Shown: positions 7,693 to 15,192 of the stretch, piece by piece
Layout: each line of letters starts with the position of its first letter
How positions within the stretch are numbered: the stretch's first letter is position 1
Virus record (IMG/VR): IMGVR_UViG_3300040770_000547
Strand: one strand, 5' to 3'
DNA length: 64,000 nt
From: a virus
Position numbers and translations under genes: made by a program
Notes under the pieces: model-generated
Database searches by the model: none
What the model was told of the DNA's origin: nothing
What the model saw: the letters and a program-made list of their open reading frames with translations, nothing else

Positions 7693-7723
7693 AAGCCTCT
7701 GCATATTGTGGAGGCTTAATTTT
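7693..7723 (+). terminator. hairpin/terminator
   Basis: AAGCCTC/GAGGCTT stem. Confidence 0.55.
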
Positions 7724-7737
7724 AAAAACAAACTGAT

Positions 7738-8121
7738 ATGAAAACTACAATGCTATGGTGTTCCGCACACCAACCAACTCAAGAACAAATTAACGAGCTT
7801 GAGGAAAAAGGAAGATTAATTCTTCTAAAAGAGCACTCTCCAAAGATGATGGAGAGGATATCTAACTGTCCAAACAATAGACAGGAGATTAAAGAACTCA
7901 TCTCTGATTTCAGAGATGTATTAGAAAGCTTCGATGCTTGTACTATTGTACAATTGGGAGGAAGCCCATTGTTCTTATTCATGGCAGGATCATTCATCCA
8001 AGGGGCGATGAATAAAGGGAATATACTATTCTCTCATAGCGAGAGAGTGAGCATAGACACGCCTCAGCCTGATGGTTCTGTGGTTAAGACGAGTGTATTC
8101 AAACACTTGGGCTTTATATAA
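7738..8121 (+). CDS. hypothetical early protein (SAHQPTQEQ motif family)
   Basis: N-terminal WCSAHQPTQEQ, C-terminal DGSVVKTSVFKH. Confidence 0.8.
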   Translation: MKTTMLWCSAHQPTQEQINELEEKGRLILLKEHSPKMMERISNCPNNRQEIKELISDFRDVLESFDACTIVQLGGSPLFLFMAGSFIQGAMNKGNILFSHSERVSIDTPQPDGSVVKTSVFKHLGFI

Positions 8122-8124
8122 TCA

Positions 8125-8140
8125 TATCCCTTCGGGGATA
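8125..8140 (+). terminator. UUCG hairpin ending cassette
   Basis: TATCCC-TTCG-GGGATA. Confidence 0.65.
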
Positions 8141-8151
8141 ATGGTTCTCAA

Positions 8152-8178
8152 AAAGGGCAGCTTCGTGTAGCCTTATTA
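8152..8178 (+). promoter_or_regulatory. early-cassette motif copy 3
   Basis: AAAGGGCAGCTTCG-TGTAG-CCTTATTA. Confidence 0.75.
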
Positions 8179-8215
8179 TTAATTTGTATCTGTCTAATCA
8201 GATACCAACATAATT

Positions 8216-8377
8216 ATGATTATCAAGATATTTCTTAGTATTATTGTAATGTTATTCATTGCAATATCTTACGAACTTCACCAAATAGGTGATGTCAATC
8301 TGTACGCGTGGTACGGATTCGGAGGACTGATGGTTGTTTTAAGAACTATCAGAGCTGTTCAATTATCTAAACTTTAA
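8216..8377 (+). CDS. small membrane protein (53 aa)
   Basis: MIIKIFLSIIVMLFIAISY...; ATG 51 nt after motif copy 3; below track cutoff. Confidence 0.7.
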   Translation: MIIKIFLSIIVMLFIAISYELHQIGDVNLYAWYGFGGLMVVLRTIRAVQLSKL

Positions 8378-8381
8378 ATAG

Positions 8382-8564
8382 ATGAGAGCATTGAACATTA
8401 TCAGAGGAATTTCGAAGGCTTTGATGTTTGTAGTTTTGTACTTTATCTTGTACAATTACACTCAAGGTCTTCAAACCATGGCTATTGGATTCTGCCTAGC
8501 CATGGTATTACTAATCAGCATCGTGCTGGTTATCAATTATTATGAAATAAATAAAGAGTTATGA
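8382..8564 (+). CDS. small 2-TM membrane protein
   Basis: Two hydrophobic stretches. Confidence 0.75.
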   Translation: MRALNIIRGISKALMFVVLYFILYNYTQGLQTMAIGFCLAMVLLISIVLVINYYEINKEL

Positions 8565-8863
8565 AAAATGTATTGAGATTTATCGGCGTGATAGCTATAA
8601 TAGTATCACTAAGTAATGTCATCGTATTGGCATTAAAAGGGTATAATGAAAACATTGTACTCATTGGAGCATCTGTATTTATCACAGTAGTGGGATTTGT
8701 ACTCCTTATTGCTGCTGATAATATGCAGATTAGGTTAACAGATAAGCAAATAGCAGATGCTATTACTAGCTTAGAGAGGCAAAGTCTTAGAGATAAGATG
8801 GCTCATTGGGGAGATGAACTCAATGAAGAAGAGATTGAGCGTCTATCTAGAGGAAGGTATTAA
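8561..8863 (+). CDS. 2-TM membrane protein
   Basis: Two hydrophobic helices then a charged tail. Confidence 0.78.
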   Translation: MKNVLRFIGVIAIIVSLSNVIVLALKGYNENIVLIGASVFITVVGFVLLIAADNMQIRLTDKQIADAITSLERQSLRDKMAHWGDELNEEEIERLSRGRY

Positions 8864-8867
8864 TCAA

Positions 8868-8892
8868 ATGGTCGGGGATATTCCTCGGCCAT
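8868..8892 (+). terminator. hairpin
   Basis: ATGGTCGGGGA-TAT-TCCTCGGCCAT. Confidence 0.55.
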
Positions 8893-8922
8893 TATTTATT
8901 TAACAAATTAAATCAAGAAGTT

Positions 8923-9309
8923 ATGTGGAGAACAGAATCAAAATTGGCATTAGTTGCAATAGCACTAATTGTCTTAGGAGGCATATATGGTATGTCAAAC
9001 AAGAGTAACAATAGAAAGGCAGATGCCATCGCTGTACTCATGGAGAATGGAGAAGTTGATAGTTACAATAATGTATTGTTCTATACTGCCAATGATGAGC
9101 AGATGGATCAAAGAACATTGAGTGCATTGTCCTATCTATCAAGAGGATATGATATGGTTCAGGTATACAATAAGATGTCTGACTACAATGACAAAGAGTT
9201 ATGGTCTGCTAATAAGCCAAGTTGGGATACAGTATACCAAACACCTAAGGAGAAGTATATCAGTATGCTTATAACAGAGAATGCGGCTGGAGGTATCAAG
9301 GAAGATTAG
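8923..9309 (+). CDS. membrane-anchored hypothetical protein
   Basis: N-terminal hydrophobic anchor. Confidence 0.78.
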   Translation: MWRTESKLALVAIALIVLGGIYGMSNKSNNRKADAIAVLMENGEVDSYNNVLFYTANDEQMDQRTLSALSYLSRGYDMVQVYNKMSDYNDKELWSANKPSWDTVYQTPKEKYISMLITENAAGGIKED

Positions 9310-9310
9310 A

Positions 9311-9346
9311 AAAAGATGGTTGGGCTTCGGCTCAATCACCTCTTTT
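9311..9346 (+). terminator. UUCG hairpin ending cassette
   Basis: AAAAGATGGTTGGGC-TTCG-GCTCAATCACCTCTTTT. Confidence 0.7.
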
Positions 9347-9347
9347 A

Positions 9348-9374
9348 AAAGGGCAGCTTCGTGTAGGCTTATCA
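9348..9374 (+). promoter_or_regulatory. early-cassette motif copy 4
   Basis: AAAGGGCAGCTTCG-TGTAGG-CTTATCA. Confidence 0.75.
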
Positions 9375-9408
9375 TGTGTTCATGCAACTGTGCATTAAAC
9401 TTATAATT

Positions 9409-9687
9409 ATGGAAGAGTCTACAAAGAAAATTTTCAAACCAAAGTTCGAATTGGTTCAAGAATGTAATGGCCTTGTTTCAATACATTTGGGTAAGCACGC
9501 TGCTGCGGCTATACTTCAAGGGACAGAAATCACTGGAACCACCCAGGAAGATCATCAAATGTTGGTGGTGTGTCGTACAATTCTTAGAGACATTGCCCTT
9601 AACGCATTGGGAGTTAGGCCTGAAGAATTGTGCCAGGACAAAGCAAGGAATCTTTTATATAATCTATCAGATAGCCTACGTGGTTAA
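9409..9687 (+). CDS. hypothetical early protein (start moved from 9376 to MEESTKK)
   Basis: A-rich leader; spacing from the motif matches other cassettes. Confidence 0.75.
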   Translation: MEESTKKIFKPKFELVQECNGLVSIHLGKHAAAAILQGTEITGTTQEDHQMLVVCRTILRDIALNALGVRPEELCQDKARNLLYNLSDSLRG

Positions 9688-9694
9688 TATTCAA

Positions 9695-9712
9695 ACCTCT
9701 CTTCGGAGAGGT
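9695..9712 (+). terminator. UUCG hairpin ending cassette
   Basis: ACCTCTC-TTCG-GAGAGGT. Confidence 0.7.
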
Positions 9713-9729
9713 ATGTTTATCTCAAGGAA

Positions 9730-9756
9730 AAAGGGCAGCGTCGTTCTGTCTTATCA
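9730..9756 (+). promoter_or_regulatory. early-cassette motif copy 5 (one substitution)
   Basis: AAAGGGCAGCGTCG-TTCTG-TCTTATCA. Confidence 0.72.
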
Positions 9757-9797
9757 ATTCCTCGTACTATATCTAAGTAGTACGCAAAACATATAAC

Positions 9798-10181
9798 ATG
9801 GAAAATACTATTGACTTAAGAAAGACAGGCGCTGAGAACATTATTGGTAAATTCAGTAAAAAACATTCTTCTCAACATATTATACCTGTACGTGAGAACG
9901 GTTCGTTCATCGTGGGAGCAAATATCTACATGACTGCTCGTCAAGCTGAAACTATTCTCATGCTATCTGATTTCTTGGAAAAACGCCCAAGTGGTGATTC
10001 TAAGCATTGTGAGGATAGAGAATCAGAGGCTAATGTCATGCGTGAAAACACTGTGTTCGAACTTGCAATGCTTGTTCGTACTATGGCTAAAGGCGTTGCA
10101 GGTGTACCTTCTATGATTTCCATTAAGGACATGTCTATTGGCTACGGCCATGTATGTGATGAGCATAATGGCAGATACTAA
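9798..10181 (+). CDS. hypothetical early protein
   Basis: ORF 55 nt after motif copy 5. Confidence 0.8.
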   Translation: MENTIDLRKTGAENIIGKFSKKHSSQHIIPVRENGSFIVGANIYMTARQAETILMLSDFLEKRPSGDSKHCEDRESEANVMRENTVFELAMLVRTMAKGVAGVPSMISIKDMSIGYGHVCDEHNGRY

Positions 10182-10213
10182 AGTATCAAAAGCCTCTCTT
10201 GATTGAGGGGCTA

Positions 10214-10448
10214 TACTATATCAGCGTAGAGAATATTTGATATAGTAGCAACAATGCAGGGGGTAAATGCACACGAGTATATCAGAACAGCGATATACTT
10301 GGGCGTGATTGCTGTGGTGCTTAGGCATCGGCGCTGGGTGAAGCCTGCACGTGAGAATTTAGTTTATTGTATAGCCCGAGGTAGAAATACCTGTGACAGC
10401 ATTGACTACAATAAGTGGATTCTCCAAACAACTACGATAAGGTTGTTT
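10214..10448 (+). ncRNA. candidate structured non-coding RNA in the early region
   Basis: Five to six hand-verified stems of 5-10 bp, including a GAAA tetraloop hairpin. Confidence 0.45.
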
Positions 10449-10453
10449 AATAA

Positions 10454-10480
10454 AAAGGGCAGCTTCGTTCGGTCTTATCA
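10454..10480 (+). promoter_or_regulatory. early-cassette motif copy 6
   Basis: AAAGGGCAGCTTCG-TTCGG-TCTTATCA. Confidence 0.75.
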
Positions 10481-10523
10481 ATTCTTCATGAGCACACAAA
10501 TTATAACTATCAGCGAAGATGTT

Positions 10524-11033
10524 ATGAATACTGTAATCAAACCTATTTCCCTTTTCTTGAACGATATCGAGAAGAATACTATCTTCACTCATAACCCTGC
10601 TAATGCTAAAGGCGTTAGTAATTATGACATCGTTGATAAAAAGCTACCTGTCTTCTTCTACACATCATCGAAAGGTGGTACGTATAAGTTTACTGCGTAT
10701 GACTTGCGTAACTTTTCTCATAAAGGAGTACCGTTCAAGGACTCTTTTCAAGTAGAGAACGGCAAAGTTATACATGTAGCTGAAACGTTCACTATTACAA
10801 AGAAGAGCACGGCTCTACTTGTGGACGACGAGAAAGTCTATCCACCGTTCTGTTATAAGAACTATGCGGAGTATGCTGTCATGAAAGCCGAACAGCCACT
10901 AGGAACGTACCCTACTGCTGAAATGCTGACTTTCTTAAAGGAGAAAGGTGTAAAGGAAGCAGACGTTGATAAGTACTATCGTACTATCGACACTGACAAA
11001 CCTTTATTCTTCTATAAGGCTAACGGCAAATAG
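10524..11033 (+). CDS. hypothetical early protein with YPPxCY motif (start 10488 or 10524, not 10254)
   Basis: VYPPFCYKNY; paralog of 11400-12005. Confidence 0.75.
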   Translation: MNTVIKPISLFLNDIEKNTIFTHNPANAKGVSNYDIVDKKLPVFFYTSSKGGTYKFTAYDLRNFSHKGVPFKDSFQVENGKVIHVAETFTITKKSTALLVDDEKVYPPFCYKNYAEYAVMKAEQPLGTYPTAEMLTFLKEKGVKEADVDKYYRTIDTDKPLFFYKANGK

Positions 11034-11127
11034 AAACGGGTTTGATTACGCATACGCATATCGCATACAAATAACATCTTCGCGGATGTAGACCTCGAAT
11101 AATAGTAAGGGTCTATATTATTGAACT

Positions 11128-11159
11128 AAGCACTCTCTTAATTGGGAGTGCTTTTTTTT
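11128..11159 (+). terminator. intrinsic terminator
   Basis: AAGCACTCTC/GGGAGTGCTT then T-run. Confidence 0.8.
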
Positions 11160-11251
11160 ACGTCTATGTATTGCAATAACTAACCGACTGTACTCTGCAA
11201 TAGCTGACCTGACCGCAATGGCTACGGACAATATTGAGACTCTACTACCCC

Positions 11252-11292
11252 AAGGGCAGCTTCGTCCTGACAAAAGAAAAAGGGCAGCTTCG
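11252..11292 (+). promoter_or_regulatory. early-cassette motif copies 7 and 8 (tandem)
   Basis: AAGGGCAGCTTCG at 11252 and AAAGGGCAGCTTCG at 11279. Confidence 0.72.
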
Positions 11293-11399
11293 TCTTGTCC
11301 AAATATTTCTTTGTCGCTCCCGCGTGTGGGATTGATACAACGGCTTCCCTGAGGATGTTTGTTGTCACTTATAACACGAAATATAAAACCTATATTACA

Positions 11400-12005
11400 A
11401 TGTCAAAATCAAGCACGATTAGTTTAGATGTATTAAATGCATTAAGCCCACAAAAAGGAATGTTGAACGCTTCAGTTAAGGAGCTAGAGAACCAAGTATT
11501 CACTTTTCATTCTATAGTTGCACCTGCTGAGAAAACTGCGGATCTTACTGCTGTCAGCGATGACAACTCGTATGTGAAAGCTCGTTATATCAATTCAAAA
11601 ACAAAGAAGAGTTTCTTGATCCCAATCAGAGGATTATTGAATCTTGGAATTGTTCAGATGGGTACAACTAAAGTGAAAGCATTAGACCCTAAAGCAGAAG
11701 TTGCAAAAGTGAATGATTATTTACTTGAGAAATCAACTGATGGTAAAGGAGTGAGTCTTCCAATGTCTTTCTATGTAGTTTCTGTCAAAGATAGAATCCA
11801 AGAAAGCACTGGGAACATTATGTACCCTCCGTACTGCTACCAAGCGTTCTCTGATGAGATTGAGACGCTTAGAGCGACAGATCCTAAAGCGGATTTGGGT
11901 CCTATCTACCAAAATTATGACTTTATGCAGTCATTATATGCTGGAGAAAGATCTGCTCGCTACGCCACTGCGGAAGCAACTAAAGACATAGTTATCTCAG
12001 TTTAA
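11400..12005 (+). CDS. hypothetical early protein with YPPxCY motif (start moved from 11295)
   Basis: MSKSSTIS start after an A-rich leader; IMYPPYCYQAF. Confidence 0.78.
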   Translation: MSKSSTISLDVLNALSPQKGMLNASVKELENQVFTFHSIVAPAEKTADLTAVSDDNSYVKARYINSKTKKSFLIPIRGLLNLGIVQMGTTKVKALDPKAEVAKVNDYLLEKSTDGKGVSLPMSFYVVSVKDRIQESTGNIMYPPYCYQAFSDEIETLRATDPKADLGPIYQNYDFMQSLYAGERSARYATAEATKDIVISV

Positions 12006-12035
12006 TCCCCAAAGGATTTAATAATGATACTATTT

Positions 12036-12079
12036 ACTCTCATACCAGACCATGTGTCCGGTGTGGGAGTTCTTTTTTT
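12036..12079 (+). terminator. intrinsic terminator closing the early cassette array
   Basis: ACTCTCATACC/GGTGTGGGAGT then T-run. Confidence 0.8.
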
Positions 12080-12222
12080 GTCCTTTTTCAACAATACACC
12101 ACTAAAAAGCACCTGACATTGCACCATTCATCCATAGGTTTATATAACATTACCGTCTTTTTCAACAACAAACTACCCATTTCCTCTTAACAAACTGGAT
12201 TTATACTCGATATCGAGTGTAT

Positions 12223-12471
12223 TTATCTCCCGATTTGTAATAAATAACAGGAAATAAGTGTATTTTTGGTTCGTTGATAACAGGCAAAAGCGATGAGTAC
12301 AAAAAATTGAATAATAACGTTAAGTATAAAAAGGAGATCCTCGATTACTGAAGAAAGTAAGTAAGTCGAATGGGTTAACCCGAGTAAGAACACAACGATA
12401 AAAATATAGTTAATCAGTCCACAGCCTTCCAGGAACAAACACACTTGTTTTTCCATAATTATAAGAGTCAT
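12223..12471 (-). CDS. possible small membrane protein on the minus strand
   Basis: Hydrophobic 82-aa ORF with no competing + ORF; 14-bp palindrome ACTCGATATCGAGT (12205-12218) just past its stop. Confidence 0.3.
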   Translation of the reverse strand: MTLIIMEKQVCLFLEGCGLINYIFIVVFLLGLTHSTYLLSSVIEDLLFILNVIIQFFVLIAFACYQRTKNTLISCYLLQIGR

Positions 12472-12478
12472 TAATCAC

Positions 12479-12893
12479 GTCAGACAAGACCGCGAAGCTT
12501 GTTTGACTGGGTTAGTTACTAAAGTACCAATCCCTGGTCGGCGAAGGGAACTGAGGTTAGAAAAAACTGCGAAGCAGCAGGCTGAATGCAATGTGATGAA
12601 GTACAGTAATCATGTTAGTAAGTCTCTCCCGAGTAGATTGAGTATAACGATTTACAATATTAGCCCCGGATATAGGTTGATTACCTTACCCTGTATCAGA
12701 TAGACACGTTTCATCGTCGGGCAATAACAAAAAGTCCAGAGTGCACATAGGTATATGAAAATTAAGAACCTACCTGCATTAGATTTATTAGAGAATCGTC
12801 TGGCAACAATAAGTCCTGAGTGGATTGCATGATACGTCATACAACCTCGAGCTCTTCATAAGTGGAGAGCTTTACAGGCTTATAGAAAAGTCC
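12479..12893 (+). ncRNA. candidate ~415-nt structured ncRNA (unknown class)
   Basis: 10-bp hairpin at the 5' end, several further stems, no convincing ORF. Confidence 0.55.
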
Positions 12894-13012
12894 GGAATTA
12901 ATCTTGACGCTGATAGTATGTGCACATATAATTTCAGTTGAGGTACGAGAGATAATCATAAATTAAGTTGTACAGCTTGATTCAATGAAAGGGTTCGATT
13001 CCCGAATTTCCG
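12894..13012 (+). ncRNA. tRNA-like element with non-canonical interior
   Basis: GGAATT/AATTTCC ends, GGGTTCGATTCCC T-loop, followed by GCA; no anticodon arm. Confidence 0.45.
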
Positions 13013-13076
13013 CATAATATGGAGAACTTCAGAAGAGCTATCCAAGTTTAATAAACCATTTAATAACCAAACCATT

Positions 13077-13202
13077 ATGAAAAAGATTTTGTTTTTATTC
13101 GTATTGGCTTTCAGTCTGTTTTCCTTTATGGGAGCTAGAGACTATGTGAAGCCTGTTTCAAGTCATGAAGCTGTATTTGTAGGAAGTACTAACTTTCCCT
13201 AA
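13077..13202 (+). CDS. small secreted peptide (41 aa)
   Basis: MKKILFLFVLAFSLFSF signal-peptide-like start; A-rich leader. Confidence 0.55.
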   Translation: MKKILFLFVLAFSLFSFMGARDYVKPVSSHEAVFVGSTNFP

Positions 13203-13386
13203 AGATCTACAACGGTACAATCAAAAAAGCCGAAGTTCCATAAGGAAAGACAAAAGAATTAGAATACTGCAGGCCTCCTTTATAGTTTGGAACGAGCCTG
13301 AAGTTAGAATTAACATTGTGTATAATATCGTTGCAAGCACAGACTTAAAATCTGGATACTGACAACTATACTATATATAAAATCTA

Positions 13387-13433
13387 AAAATACCCTTGAG
13401 AGGCGAGTGCCGTTTAGGACTCAAGGGTATTTT
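13387..13433. terminator. 14-bp perfect hairpin
   Basis: AAAATACCCTTGAG/CTCAAGGGTATTTT. Confidence 0.65.
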
Positions 13434-13501
13434 ATTAACATGGGGAGGCAACTAAGCTTTCTAATATTACGAAGCCGTGTAATAATATGCATTATAAAAG
13501 C

Positions 13502-13584
13502 GGGTAAGTACTCTAGAAAAGGCGTTATTGTTTGTCGCGGTATACAGTCGGCATACAAGATGGGTTCGATTCCCTACCTATCCA
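13502..13584 (+). pseudogene. degenerate tRNA-like element (possible TGT/Thr remnant)
   Basis: GGGTAAG/CCTATCC-A-CA ends, GGGTTCGATTCCC; arms weak. Confidence 0.35.
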
Positions 13585-13589
13585 CAAGA

Positions 13590-13830
13590 TTGTTCATTGA
13601 CGTATTATGAGTTTTTGCAAGACGGGAGTTCGACTCTCCCCAACTCCACAAATCGAAGACCGTGTATGTTGTCGATGGTGTAGCTAGCCGATATACAAAT
13701 AGCCGAACTTATGGGGTTGCCTGGTTTTGATTGCAATACACAAGTTTTACTGAGAATAGTCCCAACTATAACTCCAAAAGTTATACAACTTTTTAGTGCA
13801 GCTGATTTAGAATTAGCAGCCTAAACGAAA
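13590..13830 (+). ncRNA. ssrA: circularly permuted (two-piece) tmRNA
   Basis: 3' end GACGGGAGTTCGACTCTCCCCAACTCCA (13621-13648) precedes 5' end GGGGTTGCCTGGTTTTGA (13713); G3:U70 pair; tag frame ending ...ADLELAA-TAA (13824). Confidence 0.88.
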
Positions 13831-13833
13831 CTT

Positions 13834-13860
13834 GGGGGAGCGTCAATCCCCCTTTCTTTT
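13834..13860 (+). terminator. terminator after tmRNA
   Basis: GGGGGA/TCCCCC stem then T-rich tail. Confidence 0.7.
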
Positions 13861-13879
13861 TACTCTAAACCCCAAACAC

Positions 13880-14221
13880 ATGAAAAACGAAACACTACCT
13901 AATCCAAAGATTACGAGAACTCGTAATTCTGTGAATGTAAATTGGTTATCTGTATATAATGGTAACTCTGATAACGTTATTCAAATTACATCAAAATCCG
14001 AGTTCTTTAATACTCCTCTTGTTTATAAAGTAACAGAGGATTTAATTATACTTAGAAAAGTCACTATACGAGATAACAAAAGAATAGTAGTACCTAAAAA
14101 AGGCCGCGATTCTGAGTTTTATCGCATGAGCATCATAACTAAATTTGAAATCGAAAACAACAGATACGATTTTGAATTTGATGAAGATGATGAGGATGTA
14201 GTATCTGCTTATTATAAGTAG
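13880..14221 (+). CDS. hypothetical protein (start MKNETL)
   Basis: A-rich leader before ATG 13880. Confidence 0.75.
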   Translation: MKNETLPNPKITRTRNSVNVNWLSVYNGNSDNVIQITSKSEFFNTPLVYKVTEDLIILRKVTIRDNKRIVVPKKGRDSEFYRMSIITKFEIENNRYDFEFDEDDEDVVSAYYK

Positions 14222-14249
14222 CATATTTGTAAATTAATTGAGATCTTTG

Positions 14250-15190
14250 AATTGAAATAACGGCTTGGCGAGCGAAACGTGGGCCGTGGTTCAAAGAATA
14301 TACAACACTAGTCCTGGAATTCCTGGCAAGCCTATGAAGATAGGAACTTGGTAGAGGATAGAGGCACGTAATCCTTCATATTGCATCGGTACAAATAAAC
14401 AAAACCGAGCCGCACAACACCGTGATTCTTTTAGATAACGGAATATGATTGACTACAACCGGAGCAGCACGGATTCAAACTAACTGTACTGTGTCGAACA
14501 GGATGAAATCGATTGATGCTAGCCGTAAGGCAACTAACATCTTGTTGCATTTAAAAAGGGACAAGAAATGATAGGGATTCTGCAGGATCCAGCTATTGAA
14601 TAAGGGTAAGAATAATATCCCCTTAGAACCTCGCTGACACCAGCCAAGTCAGGAGAACAAATCGGGTGGCATCCCTCTAAGCATAAGGAGAACAACAATG
14701 CGCATTAGCATAAGGTGTACAACAATGCAAGTACTGTCGGCCAGCCATGTCAGCTTGGACCCAAAAGTTGGAGTTGATAACTTTGCCGGCAAGTACTTTA
14801 ACCATGCTGAAAAGCAATTGCAAGGAGACTATTAGGTACGTCTTCCCAGAGTAACGTGTGCCAACACCCTGGGTATCTTAGGTCAAGGATGCAATACTTT
14901 TCATAAAGTCTATAATCTGCGATAACAGAATGAATACATCAACCGCGCAACAAGGCGAGTTTAGTTTTTTAGTATGTGAGCGGTAGACACAACTACACAC
15001 AACAAACAAAGATTGCTACTTAAGCTAGTTTATGAACAGCGACTCTGACTCGGGCATCTAATGTACCGGCTAACCTTACAGAGAAAAAGGTGTAATCCCT
15101 TGCCAGTATGATTTTTAGGCAAATGCAAACTTCGTCAATGTTCCTTAGCGTTCGGGTATTAAGTATAAGATAGCATAAGCCTAAAAGTTG
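14250..15190 (+). ncRNA. candidate ~950-nt large structured ncRNA
   Basis: No ORF of 60 aa or more in any frame, elevated GC, many stems with GUAA/GAAA tetraloops and a 13-bp long-range helix. Confidence 0.7.
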
Positions 15191-15192
15191 TT

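Noticed and set aside
10254-10487. N-terminal extension of the 259-aa ORF (also 11295-11399 and 13832-13879)
   Set aside because: Extensions run through promoter motifs, terminators or structured RNA; downstream ATGs have the A-rich leader seen in real genes.
11055-11078. Short CGCATA x3 repeat
   Set aside because: Only three imperfect 6-mers; no functional context beyond a 3' UTR.
6954-11292. AAAGGGCAGCTTCG repeats as a CRISPR array
   Set aside because: Core is only 14 bp, spacing is irregular (27-1200 bp), whole genes lie between copies, and no cas genes are present.
12800-12890. RNase P RNA, based on the P4-like AUAAG(U)CCUG/CAGGCUUAU helix
   Set aside because: Only ~55 nt separate the strands, and no P1, P2 or other conserved RNase P elements could be built; kept as an unclassified RNA.
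12503-13610. ORFs 12503-12703, 12652-12840 and 13407-13610
   Set aside because: Alternative starts, no A-rich leader, overlap structured RNA or tRNA-like elements.
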